Shown here piece by piece: positions 10,025 through 19,990 of a stretch of 64,000 nucleotides of DNA (position 1 is the first letter of the stretch; every line of letters begins with the position of its first letter). Position numbers and translations under genes: made by a program. Below the pieces are notes generated by a model. The model had not been told where the DNA came from, did no database searches, and saw nothing but the letters and a program-made list of their open reading frames with translations. The DNA is taken from the sequence record NC_061449.1. One strand, given 5' to 3'.

Positions 10025-10645
10025 TTAAAGAGATGAAGTCATTAGTTCAAGAACGTTTGAAACTACATGCGCAGGTCCGATTGAAATACCGGTGTGCGCC
10101 TGCAGGTGAATACGTTTCGTAAACAGCTCAAGTGGGTCAGGCCCACCGCCTGTTACTACGATGCGTGGTATCTTTGGAAACATCTCAAGAATATCACGCA
10201 ATCTTTCAATCTTATAGCTGGTGCTGTCCATAGTTACGTTGGTCAGCACTAATAATGACGGTCGCTTGCTTTTGAGTTGTTCGTAGTCGAAGCGATCACC
10301 ATACAACGTTACCCAGCGTGGCTTGAGCGCTGTCTCAGCGCTGTCTTCTACCGCAGCGTTAAAGATATTCAGCGCAGCCATCTTCGCTCGATAGTCATTC
10401 GGGAAACTGCTAATCACCGTGATGCGTGGATCAGCCTCAAATGGATTCTGAATCATCTTCGCAAGGTGAGTAAGCTGTTTGGTCTTTGATACAACACGAC
10501 CCTTGAAGTAAGGCGACAGAGGTTTGTAATCCTGCGCTGCCTCTACCACATCAAAGTTCTCGCGCTTGCCGAACAGGAGCTGGGGATCTACACCCAGCGT
10601 CTGCATTTGCTTTGCCACAGCAGGTTCAAAATCGAATGTTAACAC
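10025..10645 (-). CDS. Hypothetical protein, possibly a degenerate DnaC/DnaA-like P-loop fold
   Basis: GGAGG RBS, GTG start. 'LLVLTNV...S....ERLRDIL' recalls the Walker B region of DnaC-like AAA+ proteins, but there is no Walker A. Confidence 0.5.
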   Translation of the reverse strand: MLTFDFEPAVAKQMQTLGVDPQLLFGKRENFDVVEAAQDYKPLSPYFKGRVVSKTKQLTHLAKMIQNPFEADPRITVISSFPNDYRAKMAALNIFNAAVEDSAETALKPRWVTLYGDRFDYEQLKSKRPSLLVLTNVTMDSTSYKIERLRDILEMFPKIPRIVVTGGGPDPLELFTKRIHLQAHTGISIGPAHVVSNVLELMTSSL

Positions 10646-10665
10646 AATACCCTCCGTTGTTCATG

Positions 10666-11028
10666 TCAGGTATTTACAGATTCTGGAGCGCGTTGCCACA
10701 CAACGAATCTGACGTTTAAGGCGTGTTCCTCAATCTCAGCAGTAAGCCTAGGCTCGTACTTAGCAGCGTACTGGCGTACATGCTCAGGCCTGATTGCAAG
10801 TTGTGTGTTAATCCTGTGAATTGGGTTCGGCACAGATTCGTATGAGTAGTCTTCAATAACGACCAGATTATCAATACGGAGAACACCAGGAACCTCGAAC
10901 ACTTTCGGCAACACGCCGGGCTTGATTGCTGACCCCAACACTGTCTCGTGATATCCAACAAGCGCTTTAACTAGCAAGCGGCCAGCAGCAGTAGACAGCG
11001 TAAGATTATATTCAGTTCTAAATTCCAC
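10666..11028 (-). CDS. Hypothetical protein
   Basis: AGGAG RBS; fills the operon. Confidence 0.6.
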   Translation of the reverse strand: MEFRTEYNLTLSTAAGRLLVKALVGYHETVLGSAIKPGVLPKVFEVPGVLRIDNLVVIEDYSYESVPNPIHRINTQLAIRPEHVRQYAAKYEPRLTAEIEEHALNVRFVVWQRAPESVNT

Positions 11029-11043
11029 AGTGTTCTCCTATTA

Positions 11044-11415
11044 TTACATCAGTGCCATTTCTGGATCGACGTAGGCGTATTGAAACACGATACGCCAGCC
11101 AGATGCTACGGTTTTGTCTTCGTGGAAACGGAAGCCGTAGAACAGGATAATGCCCTTAGCGTCTGTCTCCAGTGTTGGCGCGTAGATCGTAAATGCTTCT
11201 TCGAGCTTGAGCGCGTCAGCAATGCTGATTGCCCAAGCATCAAGGTCAAATGCACCTTCTGGAACTTCCCAGGAGATAGTATGCTTCTGCCAGTGTTCGG
11301 CTTGCATATCAGTATCTTTGGAAATCCAATCAAGGTGCTTGAGACCCATGCGCAGAGCAACAGCGTGTGGAATGCCGTGCTCTTTCATGTAGCGTTGCAG
11401 TTGATCAAGACGCAT
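11044..11415 (-). CDS. Hypothetical protein
   Basis: AGGA RBS; operon-like packing. Confidence 0.6.
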   Translation of the reverse strand: MRLDQLQRYMKEHGIPHAVALRMGLKHLDWISKDTDMQAEHWQKHTISWEVPEGAFDLDAWAISIADALKLEEAFTIYAPTLETDAKGIILFYGFRFHEDKTVASGWRIVFQYAYVDPEMALM

Positions 11416-11728
11416 TGCATGATTCCTTAATGGTACGTGGGAAGACTGTCACGTTAATGCGCGTGTGGTCTTTGTGTTCAGGATGCGGTAGGCATTCATG
11501 AGACACAAGCCAGATGTTCGTACACTCCAGTTTATCACGCATAACCATTAACAGGTTGGACATGACAGACACGGAATGAACGAAGTTGGAGAAGTCGAGA
11601 GTAATGGTAATGACCTCACTCGTCGGCTCCTCGTCACCGTTACGCCACGGACTAACGTTCATTGACAGGCGGGATGCTTCACTCTTAATCATATCCATAT
11701 CGAGAGTGTGCGGTAAACGCTCTTTCAT
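11405..11728 (-). CDS. Hypothetical protein
   Basis: AGGAG RBS. Confidence 0.6.
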   Translation of the reverse strand: MKERLPHTLDMDMIKSEASRLSMNVSPWRNGDEEPTSEVITITLDFSNFVHSVSVMSNLLMVMRDKLECTNIWLVSHECLPHPEHKDHTRINVTVFPRTIKESCNAS

Positions 11729-11766
11729 TTAAACTCCTTATAGCTTCAAAAGAGACAGTCTATAAA

Positions 11767-12258
11767 TTAAAGAGCGAGACCTTTCAGGAGCAGACGGGCA
11801 GCAGCCGTGAACTGTTTCTTTTTGAGTTCAGGCAGCTTGCTGTAGCGGTCAAGGATATCCGACAGGCCAAGATCGTTTTCATCATCAACAACGTTTTCGT
11901 CATCGACATAATGACCTTCTTGACCTGCAACACCGTCGTCGCCTTTCTGCCAGTTAGCTTTAGTGACAGTCAGGCGGAAGGTACCACGAAATTCTTCTTT
12001 GATACGGCCAGGCACGGCCGTAGGGATACGCACAACAGTGTGGTTGAGGTCTGCAATACGCTGCACAGCAAAGCCATCAGGGAACGCATCAAAAACAGAG
12101 GTCAGATCAATATCAGCCTGATTGTTAGGTGCAGGTGATTTTGCGACGAACGAGACAATAAACGTTTCACCGCCGTCTACATCATACTGCCCCTCCATAA
12201 GAATCTTTGGATTGGCGCGAAGTGTATTAACGATAAGAGTATTCAGGGGATCGAACAT
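11767..12258 (-). CDS. Hypothetical protein
   Basis: GAGG RBS; operon packing. Confidence 0.6.
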   Translation of the reverse strand: MFDPLNTLIVNTLRANPKILMEGQYDVDGGETFIVSFVAKSPAPNNQADIDLTSVFDAFPDGFAVQRIADLNHTVVRIPTAVPGRIKEEFRGTFRLTVTKANWQKGDDGVAGQEGHYVDDENVVDDENDLGLSDILDRYSKLPELKKKQFTAAARLLLKGLAL

Positions 12259-12260
12259 GA

Positions 12261-12719
12261 TTACTTCCTCAGGTAGTCGGCCAGCATCTCGATATGATCT
12301 TTAATCATATCTTTCTGGGCGATAGTGAGTCGATTGAATGGAGGCAGATCAGGATAGATACCCTGCATAGCCAGATACGTTGTCTGAATGTTTGGTGCAG
12401 GACGTTCACCGCGAGCAAACACACAGTTCTGATAAATGTACGCTGGTGGCTGGCCGTAGAGATTATCGTCAACCAGAACACAATCGCAACCCACTAACAC
12501 AAGGTTCTTGCCTAACTTTTCTTCAACTTCTTTCATGTTGACGAGTTTGAGCACTTCATACGTTGCGTCTACAGTGCTGGTGGCAGACCCTGCGATAGAT
12601 ACGTCAAGTCGCAGGTCCAGCGTATAGGTTAAGCTAGGAGAAGCTGGTGACGTAACCATGTTGAAGCCCTCCTCCTTGAGGGCTTTGTGTAGTAGATCTT
12701 CCAGACTATTAGTTGACAT
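12261..12719 (-). CDS. Hypothetical protein
   Basis: Start overlaps the helicase stop (TAATG). Confidence 0.6.
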   Translation of the reverse strand: MSTNSLEDLLHKALKEEGFNMVTSPASPSLTYTLDLRLDVSIAGSATSTVDATYEVLKLVNMKEVEEKLGKNLVLVGCDCVLVDDNLYGQPPAYIYQNCVFARGERPAPNIQTTYLAMQGIYPDLPPFNRLTIAQKDMIKDHIEMLADYLRK

Positions 12720-14320
12720 TAGAATCGCCTCATGCCTAAGTTAGACGGCTGGCCTTTTACTTTCGCTTCCGGTTCGAAGTAGTCAGGCAGTTCGCTATCA
12801 AGCGCTTCGCCTCTCGACACAACTCCCATCCAGTCACGCAGTTTCTTCGGTGTACGCTTCGCTTTCGCGTAACCAAACTTCCAGCACATCTTGAGAACAG
12901 AACGAGCACACTGCATCGAACGATCCATCTTCGGATCAATGAACATACGAATCACAGGTGTGCGCTTGTTTTCCATCGGCGTCAGAATACGACACGATTC
13001 CTGTTTCCAGTTCGGCTCGTTGTTCATCGGCATGATGTAGTACAGCGTGTCCCACTTCGGAACGTTCAGGCCGCGCTGCATCAGCTTACGCATACCGACA
13101 ACACAACGTATCTTACCTTCACGCGCTGCATCAATAATCGGCTTACGCTTCTTCGCTTCTTTCGCACCGCCAAGGAACACAGCAGCAACTTCTTCCATGT
13201 AATGCTCATTGATTCGCTGCACCAGACGACGCGCTTGATCAGTGAACATGATTGGGATTGCGATACTTCGACCTGCATCAAGATCTTTGATAATCCATTC
13301 AAAAATCTTATCGTTGCGGTCCGGATGATTCGCAAGGAACTTACAGAATCGCACCCAACCACTTTTGTTGTTGTAGTTCGCTTTCGACTGCACTTTAGTC
13401 GAGGTCTTATGCAGCGTTACTTTCGGCACAAGCTCCTCAACAAACGCCTCGGCAATCACAGGCCCGAAGATAGATTCAATCAGGTAGTGACGTCCGTCTT
13501 TACGTTTAGGCGTTGCAGTCAGGCCGAAGCGATACTTCATTTTCAGAGAGGCAAGTACGCGGCTGTAGCAGGAGGCATTCCCGGCATGACACTCGTCCAC
13601 GAACAGCGTACCATAGTTCTCGTTCAGCAACTTGAGTCGCTTCTTCGAGTTCTTGCTGTCAGAGATCAGAGACTGATAGGTCACGAGGATAATCTGGAAG
13701 TTCTTATAGTCGTCCAAAGTCTTCGGGAATCCATACAGCTTCTTACCGTGCTTCTCTTCCAGCTCAGGGAGATTCGTCATCGCTTCGATAGTCTCTAAGA
13801 AACCGTCGAGGAAGTCTTTCTGGTCAGCCATAATGACTGTACGGAATCCAGAGTGACATGCACCAGCAGTACCGATAACTGTCTTACCAGAACGAGGCGG
13901 CGCTTTAAACACACCACACAGTTCACCGAACATCTTCTCGAACGGCTCTTCCTGATACTCACGCAGTTTGCCAGTGAACTTCACTTTGTAGTCGTAAGGT
14001 ACGCGACTCGTTCCATTCACGAACTTAACTTCTTTCAGGCTCAACCCTGCTGTCTTCTCGAAACGGTGCATCTCACCGTACGGAATAGACACGTAACGCT
14101 TACCCTTAATCTCAGAGTATTTCGCCAGCACGGTAATGTCGAGCAGACCGCCTTTGGAACACGAACGGCATTCTTCGGACGGTCGTATAGAACGAAACTC
14201 ACAGTTCTTGCACACGGCATTTTCGAACTCATAGTGAGTCATCTTCTTGATGATGTTGTCTGCGTCCACAACCTTAACTGGAATGTGCAGACGGCTATCG
14301 ACCAATACTTTGGCAGTCAC
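12719..14320 (-). CDS. uvsW: Superfamily 2 DNA helicase, UvsW-like
   Basis: Walker A 'APPRSGKT', Walker B 'LFVDECH', motif III 'LTATP', 'RGLNVPKWD', and 'L..YQ'-like Q motif 'LREYQ'. Confidence 0.8.
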   Translation of the reverse strand: MTAKVLVDSRLHIPVKVVDADNIIKKMTHYEFENAVCKNCEFRSIRPSEECRSCSKGGLLDITVLAKYSEIKGKRYVSIPYGEMHRFEKTAGLSLKEVKFVNGTSRVPYDYKVKFTGKLREYQEEPFEKMFGELCGVFKAPPRSGKTVIGTAGACHSGFRTVIMADQKDFLDGFLETIEAMTNLPELEEKHGKKLYGFPKTLDDYKNFQIILVTYQSLISDSKNSKKRLKLLNENYGTLFVDECHAGNASCYSRVLASLKMKYRFGLTATPKRKDGRHYLIESIFGPVIAEAFVEELVPKVTLHKTSTKVQSKANYNNKSGWVRFCKFLANHPDRNDKIFEWIIKDLDAGRSIAIPIMFTDQARRLVQRINEHYMEEVAAVFLGGAKEAKKRKPIIDAAREGKIRCVVGMRKLMQRGLNVPKWDTLYYIMPMNNEPNWKQESCRILTPMENKRTPVIRMFIDPKMDRSMQCARSVLKMCWKFGYAKAKRTPKKLRDWMGVVSRGEALDSELPDYFEPEAKVKGQPSNLGMRRF

Positions 14321-14322
14321 AT

Positions 14323-14868
14323 CTATTTCCTTGAGTTCGGTAGACCGTACTCACGCTGATTGATGATGTTCATCGTATCGACAAGCGCTTTAAATGCAAA
14401 GCCACACTTATCAATGTCCTTGATATAGAGATCAATCTCGTCCTTGAGTTGTTCAAGCGAATCAGCGTAGCGGTAATATTCGGCCATAATGTTTCTGACA
14501 CAGCGCTCGCGTTCTTTCGCAGCACCGACGGCTTTCAGATCTTTTGCATACGTGACCGAGGCGTAATCCTGAAACCGCTCTAACATGTCATTTAACAGTT
14601 TTGAGGCTGTGTGGATGTTAGTAAGAATCTCAGTCATACGGCTTCGGTACGATTGATCTTGAATTATCGACTCAGCCAACTTGTTCAGTGCGCTTGGGTC
14701 AGAGATGTTGAGCGTTCTGACCTTACGCATCTTGAATAGCTTACGTGCTTCGTCTTGCAGTTCGGCGAGCGGTTGCTGAAAGATAGCATTCGTTTTATAA
14801 ATGTCTCTCAGCTTCTTATAGCGCTTGTCGTTCTTGACCTTTATTCGAATGCGCTTTAGGTCGTCCAT
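14323..14868 (-). CDS. Putative UvsY-like recombination mediator
   Basis: All-helical protein. C-terminal 'IKDIDKCGFAFKALVD' resembles T4 UvsY 'LDAIKSRGFAIKHIQD'; adjacent to the UvsW-like gene, as in T4. Confidence 0.5.
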   Translation of the reverse strand: MDDLKRIRIKVKNDKRYKKLRDIYKTNAIFQQPLAELQDEARKLFKMRKVRTLNISDPSALNKLAESIIQDQSYRSRMTEILTNIHTASKLLNDMLERFQDYASVTYAKDLKAVGAAKERERCVRNIMAEYYRYADSLEQLKDEIDLYIKDIDKCGFAFKALVDTMNIINQREYGLPNSRK

Positions 14869-15302
14869 TAATCACCTTTATCAGTTACGAGAATCGGGCT
14901 GTCCGGGGTTTTGTTCGGCATAGCGAAGAAGCTGCCATGCTCGTCCCGATAAATTAGCAGACCACCGGACGGACCTTCGATAGGGCAGGTGAAGTTGAAT
15001 GTCTTTTCGAGTGGCGGCATGTAACCGACAGACACATCATTAAACGTACACCACTTCGCAGACACTTCCAGCAGCGAACCCACAACAGTATCAGCAAGAC
15101 GCAGGTACGATTGCTTGAAGTGATAGCTGTGTTCGATAGGGGCTACGCTATCAATCGTAAGTTCGTTACCGTACACAGCTTTATAAATCAGACAGAAACG
15201 ACGACGCCCGCGCGGGGCATTAGGTATTTCATACAGCACATCATGTATGAGTGAAGAAACGTCCCCGATGAGGACGTTTTTCTTGACCGCCAGCTTGATC
15301 AT
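14868..15302 (-). CDS. Hypothetical protein
   Basis: Translationally coupled on both sides. Confidence 0.55.
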   Translation of the reverse strand: MIKLAVKKNVLIGDVSSLIHDVLYEIPNAPRGRRRFCLIYKAVYGNELTIDSVAPIEHSYHFKQSYLRLADTVVGSLLEVSAKWCTFNDVSVGYMPPLEKTFNFTCPIEGPSGGLLIYRDEHGSFFAMPNKTPDSPILVTDKGD

Positions 15303-16477
15303 GCAGGCAGATACCCAAAGTACAACAACGTGTGCGTGTCGAACTTATAGTTCAGGCTGAACGCATTCAGGCTATTGATGTTCGCACCATGGAAGCCCAT
15401 GTTGTGTCGTTCTTCACGGCCGATGTTACGCAGCAACTCACGGATGATACGCATGTCCAGCGAGGTGCTAAACTCTTTCTCAACAGGCTTCGCCAGCTTC
15501 AAGCTGTCCTGTACGCTACCGCTATCGTTACCAAACTTGAGCTTGAACTCTTGCTTCTTAACGAGGAGCTTCGCGTTCGTGTTACCTTTCTTCTCGATCA
15601 ACGTCGAGATGTTAGCGAACGGAGCAGACAGGTCACCCTTAATCACACACCCAATTAGCGGCTTGCCGAGCTGTGCAATCATGTTGTCCATGTAACGATA
15701 GTCTTCATCGCTTGCCTGAATCGGAGGCAGTGTCAGAACAAACGACTCAGCTTCGGCTGCGAATGAACTGCTGTCTACGTGGAACGTTACCTTCTCTTCA
15801 CCACAGAAGCGATACACCAGATCGAACATCTCGCCGGTCATACTGAAACGGAACGGCTTCACTTTCTTTTTCAGTGCCGCACGATAACGAGAAGACGTCC
15901 AGTGACCAGGACTGACGAGGCTCAGGCTTTCACCGTCACAGATAACACGACACATCACTGTCTGGCCTGTGATTGTATCTTTCAGACGAGTCAGCTTAAC
16001 GCCCTGAGTCATCGCGTCGATAACTTCACGCGTCATCTCATGGCCGCCTTCAATGTGGTGATGCAGACCCTGTTCGACCATAGGAATCTGCTCGGCCGAT
16101 ACAGGACGCAGTTTCACTTCTGCTTTGTACTTGCCTTTCTGTTCGCTGATGTGCAACGTCTTACCGTCGAACTCAACGTTCAGTTCTTTACGCTTGCTGA
16201 TCAGGCCGGTCAACTGAATCGGGTCGATGTTCATGACCGTATCAGCATCGGCAGTTGCGCCCGGAACCAAATACGCTACGAACGTATCTGGAGTACGACC
16301 GAGAACGAACACGTCAGACTTATAGGTGACCAGCAGATGAATGTGCGTCAGCTTGTCGTCCGACTCAGAGAAACGCGTTACGCTATCAACACGTTTAAGA
16401 ATATCTGACAGGAACGTACCGTTCAGCGTTAGGCTGCATTTCTTAGCGGGGTTCTTCGGTAATCGACAAGTCTTCAT
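15299..16477 (-). CDS. dnaN: Sliding clamp, bacterial DNA Pol III beta-like
   Basis: ~390 aa, three-domain beta/alpha pattern. N-terminus 'L..ILKRV........L.HI.L.......V.V.....D' resembles DnaN; next to the DNA polymerase gene. Confidence 0.6.
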   Translation of the reverse strand: MKTCRLPKNPAKKCSLTLNGTFLSDILKRVDSVTRFSESDDKLTHIHLLVTYKSDVFVLGRTPDTFVAYLVPGATADADTVMNIDPIQLTGLISKRKELNVEFDGKTLHISEQKGKYKAEVKLRPVSAEQIPMVEQGLHHHIEGGHEMTREVIDAMTQGVKLTRLKDTITGQTVMCRVICDGESLSLVSPGHWTSSRYRAALKKKVKPFRFSMTGEMFDLVYRFCGEEKVTFHVDSSSFAAEAESFVLTLPPIQASDEDYRYMDNMIAQLGKPLIGCVIKGDLSAPFANISTLIEKKGNTNAKLLVKKQEFKLKFGNDSGSVQDSLKLAKPVEKEFSTSLDMRIIRELLRNIGREERHNMGFHGANINSLNAFSLNYKFDTHTLLYFGYLPA

Positions 16478-16736
16478 CTCTATCCTCTAAAACAAATTGT
16501 AGTGTGCCCTGTATATTTACAGCATTCAGGCGCTTGCCGGACGCTGCAATCAGGCCATTCAGAACGCCAACTAAGTCAGCGCTATAACAGTCAGGTGCAA
16601 TCTGGTGAACGTAAATATCATCAGGTACATCGCCTGGGTTAAGCTGCCAAGCAGTACGCAAGGCAGCACCCATGAATGCCGGACGTTCTACCAGATGCTT
16701 GTTCAGGAACGAACATACATCTTCGGCCGTCATCAT
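16443..16736 (-). CDS. Hypothetical protein, 97 aa
   Basis: Start overlaps the polymerase stop (ATGA). Confidence 0.55.
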   Translation of the reverse strand: MMTAEDVCSFLNKHLVERPAFMGAALRTAWQLNPGDVPDDIYVHQIAPDCYSADLVGVLNGLIAASGKRLNAVNIQGTLQFVLEDRDEDLSITEEPR

Positions 16737-19700
16737 TTCTTCGCAATCCCCTTAAGTGCCATCTTGAGCATGGACTTACTGATCTTAACTTTCTTGCCTG
16801 TGGCTCCACCAGCAGCGGCAGCGGCTTTCTTCTTCGCCTCCTCTGCTTCGTATGCCTCAAACTTCTTAATGTTCTTCGGAAGTTCTTTGAGCCATTCTTC
16901 GACGTTCTTCTTGTCTTTGTTGGTGAGAGGATTGACCTTATCCATGCTGCGAATCTTAATGCCATTCGCCCACAGTTGTTTCTTCATCCAATCAGACATG
17001 AGGTGATACTGATCTTCCATGATGGAGTCAGTTGTCTTCTCAACGTCGAGGTCAGGTTCGTTAAGCTCGTCGCGTTTGATCTCCAGACCCTTCTGGATAA
17101 GTTTACGCAGACCAACATAAGAGAAGTCCCAGCCACCAACGTCTTTCTCAGACGCACCGATTTCGAAGTCAATCTCAGGCACAGACGTGAACTCAAACCC
17201 TGGATGACGCTTCTGTACTTTCTCAACCACAGCGCTTGTCATAGCGCGTTCGATCATATCAAGCGCAAGGAAGATCCACTTGTAATCACAGTCAACGGTT
17301 AAGGAGTCGTGTACAGATACGTTCATATCAAAGTCAGGGTACTCGCCGTTCGCTTTCCAGTATTCATACTTCATACGATCAAGAATACGAATCGCGGACA
17401 TCATCAAATCAGAACCAAAGCCCTGCACTGGACTGTTTACCGCACGACGGTCACAGGCGGCATGAACCATGTTCGCTTCACGATGCGACTCAGGCAACAT
17501 CAAGCCCCACAAGTGGCGACGACGACCTACTGGAGACTCAACAAAGAAGTTCTCATGTGCAAACTTCTTGATTTTATCGAACCATTTTAAGCCAACAGGG
17601 AATCGTTTAAGGAACTTGCCTTTGATTTCAGCAATCTCCTCAACCTCACGTCCGGTTGACTTCGCAAGACCTTTATCACCCTGCTGATAGATCAGACCGA
17701 AGATTACTGTCTTAACCGCGTTACGTACGGACTTAGTTACATCCATTACGTTTGGAATACCGAAGAAGTATGCGGCGTTGATTTTGTGAACGTCACCTTC
17801 TGCTTCGACGCGGTGTCCTACCCAAGGGTCTGGTACAGTACGATAACGATGACGCAGCTTACGGCCTTGCTCGAATACGTCTGCTACGCCTTGGTCACCA
17901 GAGATGATTGACCAACCACGAACTTCGTGCGCTGAGTAGTCGACCTTGATTAATAGGCGATTCTTACGCGCAATCAGAATACGTTTGATCAGTTTACCCA
18001 TCTCACTGCGTGACGGTACCTGCTGCAAGTTTGGATCTGACGCAGAAGTACGCCCCGTTACAACTCCGAGATAACCATAAGTCGGTCGGATTGAACGGTC
18101 GTGTTTGAAGTCTTCTGATTCTCCCCAGAGCTTGAGCAAGCTGTTAACGTAGGCGTTCTTGAGCTTGTACGCTTTTCCGAGTTTGGTGTATAGCGCAACG
18201 AGAGGCACATCCTTATACGCCTCCTGGAAGTCCTTGTCCAGTTTGCCCGACTTCTTACCGTTCTCACGTAATTGCTCGCTCTCTTTGAGTGGCTTGAGCT
18301 TCATAACATCGAAGAACAGAATCTGTTTGTGTTCCGCTTTCGACATATCGAACTTGGTCACTTCGACTTTGCCCATAAGACCCATCTTAGGAACATTGTC
18401 GTCTTTGCAAATCACTTTGTTCGCAGCCTTAACTTCAGGGCTGTTCATGAACTCACGCTCTACGTTTCGAATCTCCTCGTTAATCGGAGAGTTCGGCAAG
18501 TTGAGCTTAAACAGGTAGTCGATATCAGCGCCTGCGCCTGTTGTCTCAAGTATCGAGAACGCATGAATCTGGTCAGAGATTTGCTCACTAACCATAGACT
18601 CATACTTACCGTACTTGATATCGTTCGCTCGAAGCATCTGCTTCGCTGCAATGCGGAACGGCACGATAACGTCGAGGCCAGCATATTCCTGAACTGACTC
18701 GTCGAGGTCAACGTCTGCAATCGTTGCTCGCATCTCTTTACCGAACGACACTTCATGGTACACCTGACAACCAAACTGCATCGTCAGGTTAGCCAAGTTA
18801 TAGTAACCGTTACCAGTTACGTTCAACAACGACTTGGCGTTTTCATCGAATGCGAACTCGCCAGCCTGAATATCCCAGACGTTCGCTGCGTAACTACGAA
18901 TGCCGAAGTTAGAGCGCATTACGTTCAGGTCGAACTTCGCGTTTGTATAGATCTGATACTTGTTCTCGTTGTCCTCGAAATAATCTTTGAACAACTCGCG
19001 TACCTTACGCAACTCTTTCGGGCTGAACGGACTATCGCGGTGATAGATTGGAATGACATACGCTTTCTTACCGTCGTCCGATAGCTGCACCGTCAAGATT
19101 TTATTCTTAATACGATTCAGGTTCTCGGTTTCGGTATCGACTGCAACCTTCTTGGCGCGCTTCATACGCTTCAAGATTTTCTCAAGTTGCTTGACCTTCG
19201 TTACATACACGAGGTCCCAGTTACGCTTCTTACCGCACGTAACTTCGTCGATCTTATAGCGCATACCCTTGTTCAACCACGGCAACATCCAACGTGCCAT
19301 GTAACCGAGAGTGTACGAGGAACCGCTAATGTGCATCGGGTTGAGTACGACATGATAGCTCACGTTCGGCAGATGGATGAAGCTGTGCTTCTTACCTTCA
19401 TGCTTGAGCTTCGTCGGGATCTCAACACCGTACCAGTGCTCGTAGTGATCTTTCGAGAACTGAATCTTGTCTGCGTTAAGCGCTTTGAACGGCGCTTTAC
19501 CGAACGTCAGAACATAGTCAGGCTTGTACTCAACAATCAAATCACGAATGCGATTGGCAAACGCTTGGTCTGCGTCCTCTTTGAACTGTTCACCCTTGTC
19601 ATACGTCTTGAACATATTGTATGAGACAACAAGGAAGTTCCAATCGTCGAGCGTCGTCTTGGTCGGAAACGTATCTTCAAGATACTGAATCTGATTCAGG

Positions 19701-19900
19701 AACAACTCACCTTCTGTACTGCTGAATATCTTGCCGTTACGCAAGTCATCAGTCGGCATGTGATCGAGGACGAGTAGTGCTTTACCACCCTTGGCACTTT
19801 TACTTATGCCTTTTAGTATTCGAACACCGTCGTATGTTTGCTGATCAGCAAACTGCTCTGGTGGATCGAAGTCAAGAGCTACGTGCTTGATTTTCACCAT
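16733..19900 (-). CDS. polA: Family A DNA polymerase with N-terminal UDG-like domain and 3'-5' exonuclease
   Basis: ExoI 'VAVDTET', ExoII 'NAKFDL', ExoIII 'YAGLD'; 'TGRTSASDPNLQQVP'; motif A 'DYSAHEVR', motif B 'RNAVKTVIFGLIY', 'NSPVQG' and motif C 'VHDS'. Confidence 0.95.
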   Translation of the reverse strand: MVKIKHVALDFDPPEQFADQQTYDGVRILKGISKSAKGGKALLVLDHMPTDDLRNGKIFSSTEGELFLNQIQYLEDTFPTKTTLDDWNFLVVSYNMFKTYDKGEQFKEDADQAFANRIRDLIVEYKPDYVLTFGKAPFKALNADKIQFSKDHYEHWYGVEIPTKLKHEGKKHSFIHLPNVSYHVVLNPMHISGSSYTLGYMARWMLPWLNKGMRYKIDEVTCGKKRNWDLVYVTKVKQLEKILKRMKRAKKVAVDTETENLNRIKNKILTVQLSDDGKKAYVIPIYHRDSPFSPKELRKVRELFKDYFEDNENKYQIYTNAKFDLNVMRSNFGIRSYAANVWDIQAGEFAFDENAKSLLNVTGNGYYNLANLTMQFGCQVYHEVSFGKEMRATIADVDLDESVQEYAGLDVIVPFRIAAKQMLRANDIKYGKYESMVSEQISDQIHAFSILETTGAGADIDYLFKLNLPNSPINEEIRNVEREFMNSPEVKAANKVICKDDNVPKMGLMGKVEVTKFDMSKAEHKQILFFDVMKLKPLKESEQLRENGKKSGKLDKDFQEAYKDVPLVALYTKLGKAYKLKNAYVNSLLKLWGESEDFKHDRSIRPTYGYLGVVTGRTSASDPNLQQVPSRSEMGKLIKRILIARKNRLLIKVDYSAHEVRGWSIISGDQGVADVFEQGRKLRHRYRTVPDPWVGHRVEAEGDVHKINAAYFFGIPNVMDVTKSVRNAVKTVIFGLIYQQGDKGLAKSTGREVEEIAEIKGKFLKRFPVGLKWFDKIKKFAHENFFVESPVGRRRHLWGLMLPESHREANMVHAACDRRAVNSPVQGFGSDLMMSAIRILDRMKYEYWKANGEYPDFDMNVSVHDSLTVDCDYKWIFLALDMIERAMTSAVVEKVQKRHPGFEFTSVPEIDFEIGASEKDVGGWDFSYVGLRKLIQKGLEIKRDELNEPDLDVEKTTDSIMEDQYHLMSDWMKKQLWANGIKIRSMDKVNPLTNKDKKNVEEWLKELPKNIKKFEAYEAEEAKKKAAAAAGGATGKKVKISKSMLKMALKGIAKK

Positions 19901-19939
19901 CTAGTCCTATCAGAGTGTATAACACAAATTGATGGCTGT

Positions 19940-19948
19940 TATTTACAG
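19940..19948 (-). promoter_or_regulatory. CTGTAAATA motif upstream of the DNA polymerase (class 1 promoter candidate)
   Basis: The same 9-mer occurs 7-40 nt upstream of several other gene starts (see findings). Confidence 0.6.
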
Positions 19949-19959
19949 ATTTAGAAATG

Positions 19960-19987
19960 AAAAAGGGCAGCCGAAGCCACCCTTTTT
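19960..19987 (-). terminator. Intrinsic terminator, GGGTGGC-TTCG-GCTGCCC family
   Basis: Identical stem-loop plus U tract. Confidence 0.8.
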
Positions 19988-19990
19988 GGA

